In this document: positions 50,066 through 61,418 of the stretch, one piece after another
How the letters are laid out: each line of letters starts with the position of its first letter
How positions within the stretch are numbered: the first letter of the stretch is position 1
Source: Candidatus Poribacteria bacterium
GTDB lineage: Bacteria > Poribacteria > WGA-4E > UBA9662
DNA: 64,000 nucleotides
Direction: 5' to 3'
Assembly: GCA_036339735.1 (NCBI GenBank)
Contig: JAYZAL010000047.1
Coordinates: forward strand, 76,779-140,778
Position numbers and translations under genes: made by a program
Notes under the pieces: generated by a model
Databases searched by the model: none
What the model was told of the DNA's origin: nothing
What the model saw: the letters and a program-made list of their open reading frames with translations, nothing else

Positions 50066-51544
50066 ATGGCAACAACAACCAAACCGGTGCGAGTGCGTTT
50101 CGCTCCATCTCCGACCGGATACCTGCACATTGGAGGTGCACGTACGGCACTATTTAATTGGCTTTTTGCCAAGCGCCACAATGGCACCTTCATTTTACGC
50201 ATTGATGATACTGATGAACACAGGTCAACTGAGTCATCGATGAAACAGATTTATGAATCTTTAAATTGGCTTGGATTCAACTGGGATGAGGGAGAAAAAG
50301 TTGGTGGCCCCTATGGTCCTTATACTCAATCTGAGCGCCATTCTATTTATCAAGAGTATATTGGAAAATTAATCGAAGGTGGTAATGCCTATTATTGTTA
50401 TTGTAGTCCCGATGAGTTAGCCCAAATGCGCCAACTAGCGAAAGATGAGGATCGACCAGCCCACTATAACCGAAAATGCCTTCATCTAACAAAAAAGAGC
50501 CAAAAGCTGATGGTTGAACAAGGTCGTAAGCCAGTAATTCGGTTTAAAGTGCCAGACCAGACTGTGGCTTTAGACGATCTCATTTTAGGGCGTATCGCTA
50601 CTAAATCTGATACATTGCAAGATGAAGTAATCGTCAAATCTAATGGTTCTCCACTCTATAACTTGACCTCGATCATAGACGATCACGAAATGAAAATCAG
50701 CCATGTTATCCGTGGTGCAGATCACCTCTCTAATACACCTAAACAAGTTTTACTTGCACAAGCCCTAGAATTGGATATGCCCCACTTTGCCCATTTGCCA
50801 ATGGTTTTGGGTAGTAGCAAAGGTGAAAAATTGAGTAAACGACACGGGGCGACATCGATCGAACAATATCGTAATGAAGGTTACCTTCCACAGGCCATGA
50901 TCAATTTTTTAGTTAGACTAGGCTGGTCTCTCGATGATACCACCGAAATTTTTTCAGTGAGCGAATTGACTCAATTTTTCGACATTGGCCGCGTCGGAAA
51001 AAGTGGTAGCGTGTTTGACATTAAAAAACTACGATGGCTAAATGGTCACTACATAAATCAGTTAAATCTTTCTGAACGGACATCAGCAGTTATTCCCTTC
51101 TTGCAACCTTTGTGTTCGACTGATTCAACGGAGTTGGAAATAAACCGATTAGAAGCAATTGTTTCAGTCATCGATGACCGATTAGTTACTCTGGCTGAGA
51201 TTAAAGAACATGCATACCATTTTTTCAAGGACGATTTTGCCTATGACCCAAAGGGACTTAAAAAGTGGTTGAGTAAAGATGGGTCGATTAGCTTATTACA
51301 AATGCTTCACGATGCAATGGAAGAAATCAATACCTTTGATGAAAAGTCAGTTGAAACCGCAGTTTGGTCAATAGTAGACAGTTTGGGTATTAAAAAAGTT
51401 GAGGGTCTACAACCAATAAGAATAGCAATTTCGGGTATGACAAGTGGTCCCAATTTGTTTGAAATGGTGATCTTAGTTGGTCAAGCCGAAACACTTAAAC
51501 GAATCAATCGGCTAATTACTTATTTGAGCAAAGGAGGAAATTAA
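50066..51544 (+). CDS. gltX: Glutamate--tRNA ligase
   Basis: Motifs RFAPSPTGYLHIGG, IRGADH and KLSKRHG. Confidence 0.96.
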   Translation: MATTTKPVRVRFAPSPTGYLHIGGARTALFNWLFAKRHNGTFILRIDDTDEHRSTESSMKQIYESLNWLGFNWDEGEKVGGPYGPYTQSERHSIYQEYIGKLIEGGNAYYCYCSPDELAQMRQLAKDEDRPAHYNRKCLHLTKKSQKLMVEQGRKPVIRFKVPDQTVALDDLILGRIATKSDTLQDEVIVKSNGSPLYNLTSIIDDHEMKISHVIRGADHLSNTPKQVLLAQALELDMPHFAHLPMVLGSSKGEKLSKRHGATSIEQYRNEGYLPQAMINFLVRLGWSLDDTTEIFSVSELTQFFDIGRVGKSGSVFDIKKLRWLNGHYINQLNLSERTSAVIPFLQPLCSTDSTELEINRLEAIVSVIDDRLVTLAEIKEHAYHFFKDDFAYDPKGLKKWLSKDGSISLLQMLHDAMEEINTFDEKSVETAVWSIVDSLGIKKVEGLQPIRIAISGMTSGPNLFEMVILVGQAETLKRINRLITYLSKGGN

Positions 51545-51545
51545 T

Positions 51546-52625
51546 TTGGAGACTACACTCAGCTTAATTCTTTCACTTTTTGCCTCAGCGGGTCACGGTG
51601 AACCATCTTGGATCCACCAACTTTTTGGAGGATGGCCGACGCTTCTACTCTTGTCTATTATTGCTGTTACACTCTATATCTTGGGGGCAGGTGCAGATAT
51701 TCTGGTTGAGGAAGCGGTTAGTCTATCTACTCGCTGGGGCGTCCCAAAAGTAATGATTGGAGCAACTATTGTTAGTCTGGGTACAACTACACCGGAAGCC
51801 GCAGTCTCAGTTTTGGCGGCTTTTAAAGGCAGTCCTGACTTAGCCTTGGGTAATGCTGTAGGATCCATCATATGCGATACAGGTTTAATTTTAGGATTAG
51901 CAACATTAATTTCACCCTTACCTTTAGACCGAAAAATTGTCAACCGTCAAGGCTGGATTCAAATTGGTGCTGGTTTTGTTCTGATTTTGGGCTGTGTACC
52001 TTATAGTAATATTAGCGGTTTACTAGAAAGTGGAGGTAGATTTCCACAGTGGATAGGGTTTGTATTTTTACTTTTATTGGCAATCTATCTTTGGTTATCG
52101 GTTAAGTGGTCTACTGGTAGCGAAAGTCAATCAGAAGATGAAGCCATTGATACCGAAAGTACTTTTGTCGCATTGCTAAAACTCATTGGTGGCATAGTAA
52201 TGGTAGTTGGCTCAGCTCATTTTCTAATTCCAGCAGTCGAGATTATTGCCATTCGTTTACATATCCCACAGAGTATAATTGCCGCGACACTAGTTGCATT
52301 TGGTACTTCCCTACCAGAGTTGGTTACCGCAATAACTGCGGCCCGGAAGGGACAGGGAGACTTAGCAGTCGGTAACATCATCGGTGCAGACATTCTGAAT
52401 GTATTTTTTGTTGCAGGTGCAGCAGCCGCTGTTACACCTGAAGGTTTACCAGCCGACAAGCAGTTTTTTATTCTACAGTTTCCGGCAATGATACTAGTTT
52501 TGGTCGTTTTCCGTTTAGGTATCAGTTTATCCAAAGACAAATTAAAACGGCCTTTCGGCCTGGTTCTATTGACAACCTATCTTATTGTTACCGTTCTAAG
52601 CTACTTCTTTGGCTCACAAGGTTAA
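51546..52625 (+). CDS. Na+/Ca2+ antiporter (CaCA/YrbG family)
   Basis: Two alpha repeats GTTTPE and GTSLPE, with GNAVGS and GNIIGAD. Confidence 0.93.
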   Translation: METTLSLILSLFASAGHGEPSWIHQLFGGWPTLLLLSIIAVTLYILGAGADILVEEAVSLSTRWGVPKVMIGATIVSLGTTTPEAAVSVLAAFKGSPDLALGNAVGSIICDTGLILGLATLISPLPLDRKIVNRQGWIQIGAGFVLILGCVPYSNISGLLESGGRFPQWIGFVFLLLLAIYLWLSVKWSTGSESQSEDEAIDTESTFVALLKLIGGIVMVVGSAHFLIPAVEIIAIRLHIPQSIIAATLVAFGTSLPELVTAITAARKGQGDLAVGNIIGADILNVFFVAGAAAAVTPEGLPADKQFFILQFPAMILVLVVFRLGISLSKDKLKRPFGLVLLTTYLIVTVLSYFFGSQG

Positions 52626-52692
52626 AATTTGGAACTGACCTCTTCATCTCAGCGTATTATGAGACCGAAGTAGATGAAAAAGGAAAGTACAA

Positions 52693-53625
52693 ATGCGTGG
52701 GAAATATACCTTTACTGTTTCTTCCTTAAAAGTAGCTGACGATCTCTGGGGTCTGGAATTTTTATCTTTAGGTGGTCCGATACCAAGCGATGTTGTTCAA
52801 TTTGATGACTTAGTCGAACCTTTAGCCGATAAGCCTGTTTTTTTTCAAGATGTTGACCCGATTTCCTATTTTCGACGTTTGACACAAGACGTCCCAACCT
52901 TTCTGCATGGTTATCATGCTCGTGTTTTAAATCAGATAAGATCACGTCTAGCTAGCCTAGAGGTTGGAAGTTGCCTTCATGTAAAAGTCAGTTACCTAAA
53001 TAGTAGTGCAGGAATTAATGCCTATAACTACGAAATTGTCTTAGCAAAACAGATAGAAAATCAAAAATTACCGGGTGTTGCCCCTACTAGTATTGTGGAG
53101 TCCCCTCAGATCATCCCTACAGTCAGTACAGAGAAAGAAATAAGTGTCCCCGCTGACTCAATTGATCAAATACAAGATAGCCAAGCATTGCAACAGGTAG
53201 CACAACTGAGGCTTGAGATGAACAGTTTGCATGCCGAATTACACCGATTAAAAAAGCAGATACGGGAAATGGAAAATAAGCAGCAATTACCTGTATCAAA
53301 ATCTGATTGGTCAACCTACAGTCTACCGTTTCGATCCCAAAAATCTACCAATCCAGACACTGTAAACCAGAAAATTATCGTTAAAAACGAAAAGCTCAAT
53401 CCTAATGACGATAATTTAGTTAGACTATCACCAAATGAAAACGAGGCACTCAGTTTAGTTATGGATCGTGGACTAGTCACTGAATCTCAATTACGTGGGC
53501 TTTTTGATAACCCAGTAGCAGTAATGGAAAGCCTAATTTCTAAAATGATCGATACCAATACTCACTGGATTCACTCGGAACGTAACGAAAATGGAGAGTG
53601 GATTTATGTTTGGCAAAACCAGTAG
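52693..53625 (+). CDS. Hypothetical protein with a central coiled coil and possible C-terminal winged helix
   Basis: 310-aa ORF with an AAGGA SD and heptads LRLEMNSLHAELHRLKKQIREME. Confidence 0.7.
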   Translation: MRGKYTFTVSSLKVADDLWGLEFLSLGGPIPSDVVQFDDLVEPLADKPVFFQDVDPISYFRRLTQDVPTFLHGYHARVLNQIRSRLASLEVGSCLHVKVSYLNSSAGINAYNYEIVLAKQIENQKLPGVAPTSIVESPQIIPTVSTEKEISVPADSIDQIQDSQALQQVAQLRLEMNSLHAELHRLKKQIREMENKQQLPVSKSDWSTYSLPFRSQKSTNPDTVNQKIIVKNEKLNPNDDNLVRLSPNENEALSLVMDRGLVTESQLRGLFDNPVAVMESLISKMIDTNTHWIHSERNENGEWIYVWQNQ

Positions 53626-53646
53626 TATACAAAGAGTTAACAAAAT

Positions 53647-54420
53647 ATGAAAAATATAATCGCTTGTAATTTAGGCAGTTACCGTGGACATTTTACCCAA
53701 GAGGAAATGTACAGTCATTTGGACAAGATAGGATTAACCAATGTCGAGATTTCCACCCCAAAACCAGAAGAAATTCAAAGAGTAAAAGATGAGTTGTCCA
53801 AGTATGGCTTAACGGCCACAACGCTTTTAGCAAATCACGATGTGAAGAGCGACAGCTTTGTATCTGAATTTGAAACGACCCTGAAAACAGCTCAAATGAT
53901 GGATGTTAGTCGGATTTTCTTGAGCGCTCATTCGGGAGATGTAGAAAAAAACGTTATTTATGATCGATTTAGAGAACTTGGACAAAAAGCGCAAGCTATG
54001 TCTGTGACTATCTGCTTAGAAACGCATCCTGATTTAGCTAATAATGGCGATGTGGCCTTAAGCACAATGCAAGCAATTAACCACCCAAACATTGGAATTA
54101 ACTTCGATACTGCTAATGTCCATTACCATACTGATCGGTCTGTTGATACCATCGAAGAAGCCAAAAAGATTCTGAATTATGTTAAGGCTGTCCATCTAAA
54201 AGATACAGTTGGGGGTTACCATAACTGGAATTTCCCAATTCTAGGTCAGGGTTTAGTTGATTTCAAAGGCATTTTTGATCTGTTTAGTAGTATTGGTTTT
54301 AGTGGTCCTTATACCATGGAATTGGAAGGTGTCGAAGGAGAAACCTTAGACCGAGATGGTATTTTGGCTCATGTTGAAGACTCCTATAAATATTTGAAAG
54401 ATATTGGAGTTGCCAAATAA
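53647..54420 (+). CDS. Sugar phosphate isomerase/epimerase (AP endonuclease 2 TIM barrel)
   Basis: Metal-binding motifs LETH, FDTAN, HLKD and MELE. Confidence 0.9.
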   Translation: MKNIIACNLGSYRGHFTQEEMYSHLDKIGLTNVEISTPKPEEIQRVKDELSKYGLTATTLLANHDVKSDSFVSEFETTLKTAQMMDVSRIFLSAHSGDVEKNVIYDRFRELGQKAQAMSVTICLETHPDLANNGDVALSTMQAINHPNIGINFDTANVHYHTDRSVDTIEEAKKILNYVKAVHLKDTVGGYHNWNFPILGQGLVDFKGIFDLFSSIGFSGPYTMELEGVEGETLDRDGILAHVEDSYKYLKDIGVAK

Positions 54421-54421
54421 A

Positions 54422-55327
54422 ATGGGACTCTTAACCCGTAAACTAGGCCGGACTAATTTGGAAGTCACAGCTTTGGGGATGGGAGGAGCTGGAATTGGTC
54501 GATCGAATGTCACCGACGCAGAAGCAATATCAGCTATTCATAAAGCTATTGATCTCGGTATTAACTATCTGGATACAGCACCACTGTATGGCGAAAGCGA
54601 AAGGCGCGTCGGGCTAGCTTTACAGGATGGAAAAAGACATCAACTCCATTTAGCAACAAAAACTGGGACTCATCCCAAATGGAAAGGTGATTATTCATCG
54701 CAAGGTACGCGCCGATCAGTTGAAAATAGTCTGAAATTGTTGAAGACCGATTATTTAGACATTTGTTTGGTACATGATCCTGATGACATGGCAACTGTTG
54801 TGTCTAAAGAGGGTGCTTTTGACGAACTAAAGAGAATGCGCGAGGAAGGGCTAATTCGTTACATCGGACTCGGTGTTCGAGATCACCAATTTCATCGATT
54901 AGCCATCCAACGAAACGATGTAGATGTAATCCTAACTTACTTGGATTATACATTAATTCAACAGACAGCCACCTCACTGATTAAAGTGGCCACAGAAAAA
55001 AATGTGGGTGTTATCAATGGCAGTCCTATTGCTATGGGATTGTTGTCCGGAATCAAACCTAGTAGAACCAATACGTTAACTGATCATATAAATCAAGCCG
55101 AAAACGAAAAGGCTTTCCAACTATGGCAATTAGCGGATGATTTGGGAGTGAAACTGCTTGATGTTGCGATACAGTTCTCAATACGCCAACCGATGATAGG
55201 CTGCACACTTACTGGTGCTAAAAACGCAACAGAAGTAGAACAAAATTACAAGTCGGCTATAACCAATTTGCCTGATTCAGTGTGGCAGAAATTTTCCGAT
55301 CTTATCTATACTCAACCATCAAACTAA
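54422..55327 (+). CDS. Aldo/keto reductase
   Basis: Motifs LGRTNLEVTALGMG, DTAPLYG, ATK, SLKLLKTDYLD and HDP. Confidence 0.93.
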   Translation: MGLLTRKLGRTNLEVTALGMGGAGIGRSNVTDAEAISAIHKAIDLGINYLDTAPLYGESERRVGLALQDGKRHQLHLATKTGTHPKWKGDYSSQGTRRSVENSLKLLKTDYLDICLVHDPDDMATVVSKEGAFDELKRMREEGLIRYIGLGVRDHQFHRLAIQRNDVDVILTYLDYTLIQQTATSLIKVATEKNVGVINGSPIAMGLLSGIKPSRTNTLTDHINQAENEKAFQLWQLADDLGVKLLDVAIQFSIRQPMIGCTLTGAKNATEVEQNYKSAITNLPDSVWQKFSDLIYTQPSN

Positions 55328-55332
55328 GACTC

Positions 55333-56439
55333 TTAATCTTCGACTTCCCACTCGTTTAGTCCAATAGGGAGAGGAGCCGGCCGATCAACGGAACTCTCGA
55401 TGTTCACATGTCGTCCGGTTTGGGATGATTGGTCAAATGCTAACATAACTTCTAGGGCGTGGTAAGCTAGCTCTCCACTAACTCTGTGAGGTCGATTATT
55501 TCGAATAGCACGGACCATATCAATAACCCCGATAATCCGAGAATTATTAGGAAAACCTAATGGGATAGATTCCCAGTCTCTTGTTGGCTTGCTAACTTTT
55601 ACAGAGCCACCAAATCCGTTTGGATCAGGGACCTGCATCGATCCATCTGTTCCATAAATCTCGATGCAAGGTAAGCTATGACGCCACATATCAAAACTCA
55701 TTATCATCGTAACAACAGCACCGTTACAAAATTCGATACTACCTGTCAAGTGAGTACTAGTTTTGACCGGGATTTTGAGTCCTCGAATAGTCTCGCTGGA
55801 AGCAATACGTTCTTCAAAAGTCTTGGCCGTTACGCCAGCTACCCGCTTAACTGGTCCCAAAATATTAATGAGAGCCGTAATATAATAGGGTCCCATATCC
55901 AACATAGGACCACCACCAATATCATAGTAAAACGCAGGGTTCGGGTGCCAGCTTTCGTGCCCATGTCCGCACATGAACGCTGTGCCTGCAACAGCTGTAC
56001 CAATAACACCAGCATCCATCTGTTGTCGAGCGGTCTGGGTACCGGCACCCAAAAAGGTATCAGGAGCGCAACCGACTCGCAAACCGCTTTCGTGTCCAAT
56101 TTTTCTTAATTGCTTGGCACTTTGCAGATCAATAGCAAACGGCTTTTCACTATAAACATGTTTACCTGCGGAGACCACTTGTAAACCGACGTCAACATGT
56201 GCCCGAGGAATCGTTAAGTTGATAACTAACTCAATCTCAGGTGTTGCCAATAATTCTTTAACCGACATAGCACGACAATCGAATTCATCGGCCCGCTTTT
56301 TGGCAACTTCTTGTTGCAAGTCCGCGCAGGCCAAGATTTTCAGAACATCTGTGTTCTTGGCCCCATTAAAGTATGCCCCACTAATGTTGCCACAACCGAT
56401 AATACCGATTTTCATTTTGTCAGTCACAGTTGAAGCCAT
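55333..56439 (-). CDS. Gfo/Idh/MocA family oxidoreductase
   Basis: Motifs GIIGCGNIS, HVYSEKP, APDTFLG and GGGPMLDMGPYY. Confidence 0.93.
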   Translation of the reverse strand: MASTVTDKMKIGIIGCGNISGAYFNGAKNTDVLKILACADLQQEVAKKRADEFDCRAMSVKELLATPEIELVINLTIPRAHVDVGLQVVSAGKHVYSEKPFAIDLQSAKQLRKIGHESGLRVGCAPDTFLGAGTQTARQQMDAGVIGTAVAGTAFMCGHGHESWHPNPAFYYDIGGGPMLDMGPYYITALINILGPVKRVAGVTAKTFEERIASSETIRGLKIPVKTSTHLTGSIEFCNGAVVTMIMSFDMWRHSLPCIEIYGTDGSMQVPDPNGFGGSVKVSKPTRDWESIPLGFPNNSRIIGVIDMVRAIRNNRPHRVSGELAYHALEVMLAFDQSSQTGRHVNIESSVDRPAPLPIGLNEWEVED

Positions 56440-56446
56440 ACAGTAT

Positions 56447-57424
56447 TTAGAATTCCATTATACGGTTGTATATAACGTCTAGAGAAAAAGCTTTCTGTGT
56501 AGATCTTCGTTCCAAATGCTCAGCCGCAGCCTGAATCCGCCTAGGCAGTTCCATAATCGTGTCTTGTGCTTTATGGCCAAGATCGTTTAAATTCTTCAAG
56601 ACTTCGATTTGCCAGTACGAGATTGCTTCTTCCACAATGTCTTTATACTCCCATAACCCGTAAATTCTTGTACGTCGAATCAACTCTGCCATCGGTCGAA
56701 AACCAGGCATCCGAATACCCGGCATATTGAGTGAAGGCATTACTTTTAAGATGGCTTCCAAGGCCAAATTTGGATCACAGGCCAAAACCTCTCTGAATGC
56801 CCTACGATAGAAGTTATAGTGCAACGCTTCTTCAGAGGCAATTCGGGCTAGAATTTTATTGAGCAAAGGTTCTCGATCTCCCACTTGTTTGCCCGTATTT
56901 CGGTGAGCAACTTGAGTAGCTCGTTCTTGCAAGGAAGTATAAACTAAGGTCTGATAAGGAGAACGTGTATCAAAGGGGTCAAATCCCGCCTCAATGAAAT
57001 CGTATTGTAATTGCTCGACTTTTCGAAAATCGAACAAACGTGTGTCCCGAATGTAGTCCCGTAAAACATTTCCGTGTCGATCTTCCTCCGCCGTCCACAT
57101 AAAATTCCAGCGTCGCCACACTGGCTCATCTCCAAGGTGAAAGGCAATAAACCGATGGAAGTGAGGTAATCCTTCTTCTGTAATTGTATTCATGACTAAT
57201 GATGCCCTGACAGAATCTGGGATTGTTTGGGCATGTTTCCGTGCTTCAGTCAGAATACGGTCGTCTTCTGGGCTTGACTTTTCGTTTGATGGCAAGAAGT
57301 CAGAAGAAAACCAGAGTTTTCTCTTTTCTACGTGCCTATTCATCATTTTTTCAACGGTCGGCGTTATAAGGCGTAAAACTTCTACCTGCCGTTCTAGTTT
57401 GTGGTCTGTACCTTTCATGTTCAC
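56447..57424 (-). CDS. Soluble acyl-ACP desaturase (ferritin-like di-iron)
   Basis: Motifs TEEGLP, WTAEEDRHG, YTSLQERAT and IASEEALH (two ExxH), plus MPG. Confidence 0.92.
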   Translation of the reverse strand: MNMKGTDHKLERQVEVLRLITPTVEKMMNRHVEKRKLWFSSDFLPSNEKSSPEDDRILTEARKHAQTIPDSVRASLVMNTITEEGLPHFHRFIAFHLGDEPVWRRWNFMWTAEEDRHGNVLRDYIRDTRLFDFRKVEQLQYDFIEAGFDPFDTRSPYQTLVYTSLQERATQVAHRNTGKQVGDREPLLNKILARIASEEALHYNFYRRAFREVLACDPNLALEAILKVMPSLNMPGIRMPGFRPMAELIRRTRIYGLWEYKDIVEEAISYWQIEVLKNLNDLGHKAQDTIMELPRRIQAAAEHLERRSTQKAFSLDVIYNRIMEF

Positions 57425-57798
57425 TTTTATAATCCCTACTTTTGCAAGAAAAGGGCAACCTTGCCCCCATTATACCATGCCCGGCGCAATTATATCATGA
57501 CCAGTAAAAAAGATGTAGTAAGTTTACCCAAAAACAACACCAGAGACGGCTAACTTGTTTGGCAAAAACATCGACGGTTAGGACAGATAGAATTCCGTCA
57601 AATATCATAAATATATGATTTATTAACCATTGAAGGGATATTTATTGTTTTGATCGATTCCTTCGAATTCCAAGTAGCTATAAAGAATTCTAATTAGCTA
57701 TAAAATAGTAAAAAACTCTCTTTAGTTTATTACAATGAGAAAGAATGCAACCTCAGTTTACAAGTGCAGATTCATCTAGAAAGCGCCGGCTACTTGTG

Positions 57799-57827
57799 TT
57801 GACACTATTGATTGGGTTTGCTAAACT
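57799..57827 (+). promoter_or_regulatory. sigma70-type promoter for kdsB-pyrG-hisC-iolD
   Basis: TTGACA-17 nt-TAAACT with an extended -10 TG. Confidence 0.65.
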
Positions 57828-57896
57828 ACTTCCATCGTTTTGAGCCATAAACGAAAACTGAGCTAGTGAGATTCGAGCGCGAATAGGAAAAGAGCT

Positions 57897-58637
57897 TTGT
57901 CGCAACATTTAACCACAGTCGGAATTATTCCGGCTCGTTATGCCTCTAGTAGGTTTGAGGGTAAAGCATTGGTGGACATATTAGGAAAGCCGATGATTCA
58001 ACATGTCTACGAGAGGGCTTGCCAATCTAAATTGTTGGATAGAGTGGTTGTGGCTACTGATGATCAAAGGATCTCTGATGTCGTATCCGGATTTGGTGGG
58101 GAGGCTATTCTTACTGGGCCAGCTAAAACCGGTACCGACCGAGTAGCAAAAGTCGCTGAGTCTCTTTCTGATGATATAGTCGCTAATATTCAGGGTGATG
58201 AGCCGTTACTCGATCCCAAGGCAGTAGATCAACTATTACAACCATTTCTTGATGATTCGACTACTCAAGTAACCACCTTAATGCAGAGGATTGAAAATCC
58301 TGATGACTATTATGACCCTAATGTTGTTAAGGTCGTGGTTACTCAGTCAGGTCAGGCAATGTATTTTTCACGTTCTTGCTTACCTGGCAATTTGGGGCAA
58401 GAATGGTCAACCTCAGCACCGAATTTCCGTCATGTCGGTTTGTACGCCTTCAAAAGATCATGTTTAATGGATTTTACCCATTGGAAACGTACTCCGTACG
58501 AAACATCCGAAGGTTTAGAGCAGCTACGCTTTTTAGAAAATGGAGTTTCCATTCGTGTGTTGGAGACTAAATCTAGATCAATTGGCATTGACACTCCAGA
58601 TGATCTAAAACGTTTAATGCAATTTCTGAAGGCTTAA
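57897..58637 (+). CDS. kdsB: 3-deoxy-manno-octulosonate cytidylyltransferase
   Basis: Motifs IPARYASSRFEGK, TGTDR, NIQGDEP, YFSR and EGLEQLR. Confidence 0.95.
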   Translation: MSQHLTTVGIIPARYASSRFEGKALVDILGKPMIQHVYERACQSKLLDRVVVATDDQRISDVVSGFGGEAILTGPAKTGTDRVAKVAESLSDDIVANIQGDEPLLDPKAVDQLLQPFLDDSTTQVTTLMQRIENPDDYYDPNVVKVVVTQSGQAMYFSRSCLPGNLGQEWSTSAPNFRHVGLYAFKRSCLMDFTHWKRTPYETSEGLEQLRFLENGVSIRVLETKSRSIGIDTPDDLKRLMQFLKA

Positions 58638-58658
58638 CCAAATAAAAGATAATAATAG

Positions 58659-60281
<1,623 letters not shown>

Positions 60282-60302
60282 AAATTTTTAGGTTCATCAG
60301 AA

Positions 60303-61394
60303 ATGATTACAGCTAGGCCAGAAATCGAAACCATTTCACCCTATCAGGGGGGAAAACCAATCGAGGAAGTCCAACGGGAGTTTAAATTAAACGATATTAT
60401 AAAGCTTGCTTCTAACGAAAACCCCCTTGGTCCTTCCCCCAAAGCCGTGGCGGCCATGCAAAAAGCAGTTGATCAGGTAAACCTCTATCCTGATGGAAAT
60501 GCATATTATCTGAAGAAAGATTTAGCTGAACATCTGGGGGTTGATATAGATCAAATAATTTTGGGTAATGGTTCTAATGAGGTGCTACATATTATTGGAG
60601 AAACTTTCGTCAAACCAAATGATGAAATTATCTACTCAGAAAGTGCATTTGTTGTCTATAAGCTAGTCGCAGCTATTTGTGGCGCCAAAGCGGTGGTAAC
60701 ACCGATGAATGGGTATCACCAAGATATTTCAGCAATTATTTCTGCGATTACTAATAAAACCAAGATAATTTTTATTGCAAACCCTAACAATCCAACTGGT
60801 ACTATGGTAAATGTAGAACAGGCGGAAGAACTATTAGCAAGTGTTCCGGAACATGTGTTGGTGGTTTTCGATGAAGCATATGGCGAATACATCGATCGAG
60901 AAGATTACCCGAGAACTTTGTCTTACATCCAACAAGGACATAATGTGCTTGTTAGTCGAACGTTTTCTAAAATTCATGGCCTAGCTGGTTTACGAATCGG
61001 TTATGGTATTGCTGACAACCGATTGGTTGGATTAATGAATCGAGTGAGGCAACCTTTCAATTGTAACCTACTAGCACAGGTATCCGCCCGCGCAGCTTTA
61101 GCCGACACAGACTATGTACTAAGAAGCAAACAAACCAATGATGAAGAAAAGCACCATCTATACAAAGCCTTAGCTGAATTGAACGTTGATTACGTACCAT
61201 CCGAAGGTAACTTTATCATGTTGAATTTAAGCTGCTCTGGCGAGGTGATTGCTCAAAAACTACTTGAAAAAGGGATTATTGTTCGGCCGATTACGGGCTA
61301 CGGATTTCCTAATTCAGTCCGACTTACAATTGGAACTAACGAGCAGAACAGGCGTTTTATCGAGACTTTATCCGACATTTTAGAAATCTCTTAA
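60303..61394 (+). CDS. hisC: Histidinol-phosphate aminotransferase
   Basis: Motifs KLASNENP, GNGSNE, NPNNPTG, DEAY and RTFSKIHGLAGLRIG. Confidence 0.95.
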   Translation: MITARPEIETISPYQGGKPIEEVQREFKLNDIIKLASNENPLGPSPKAVAAMQKAVDQVNLYPDGNAYYLKKDLAEHLGVDIDQIILGNGSNEVLHIIGETFVKPNDEIIYSESAFVVYKLVAAICGAKAVVTPMNGYHQDISAIISAITNKTKIIFIANPNNPTGTMVNVEQAEELLASVPEHVLVVFDEAYGEYIDREDYPRTLSYIQQGHNVLVSRTFSKIHGLAGLRIGYGIADNRLVGLMNRVRQPFNCNLLAQVSARAALADTDYVLRSKQTNDEEKHHLYKALAELNVDYVPSEGNFIMLNLSCSGEVIAQKLLEKGIIVRPITGYGFPNSVRLTIGTNEQNRRFIETLSDILEIS

Positions 61395-61418
61395 AAGGAC
61401 AATCTGAGGAGAAAATTA

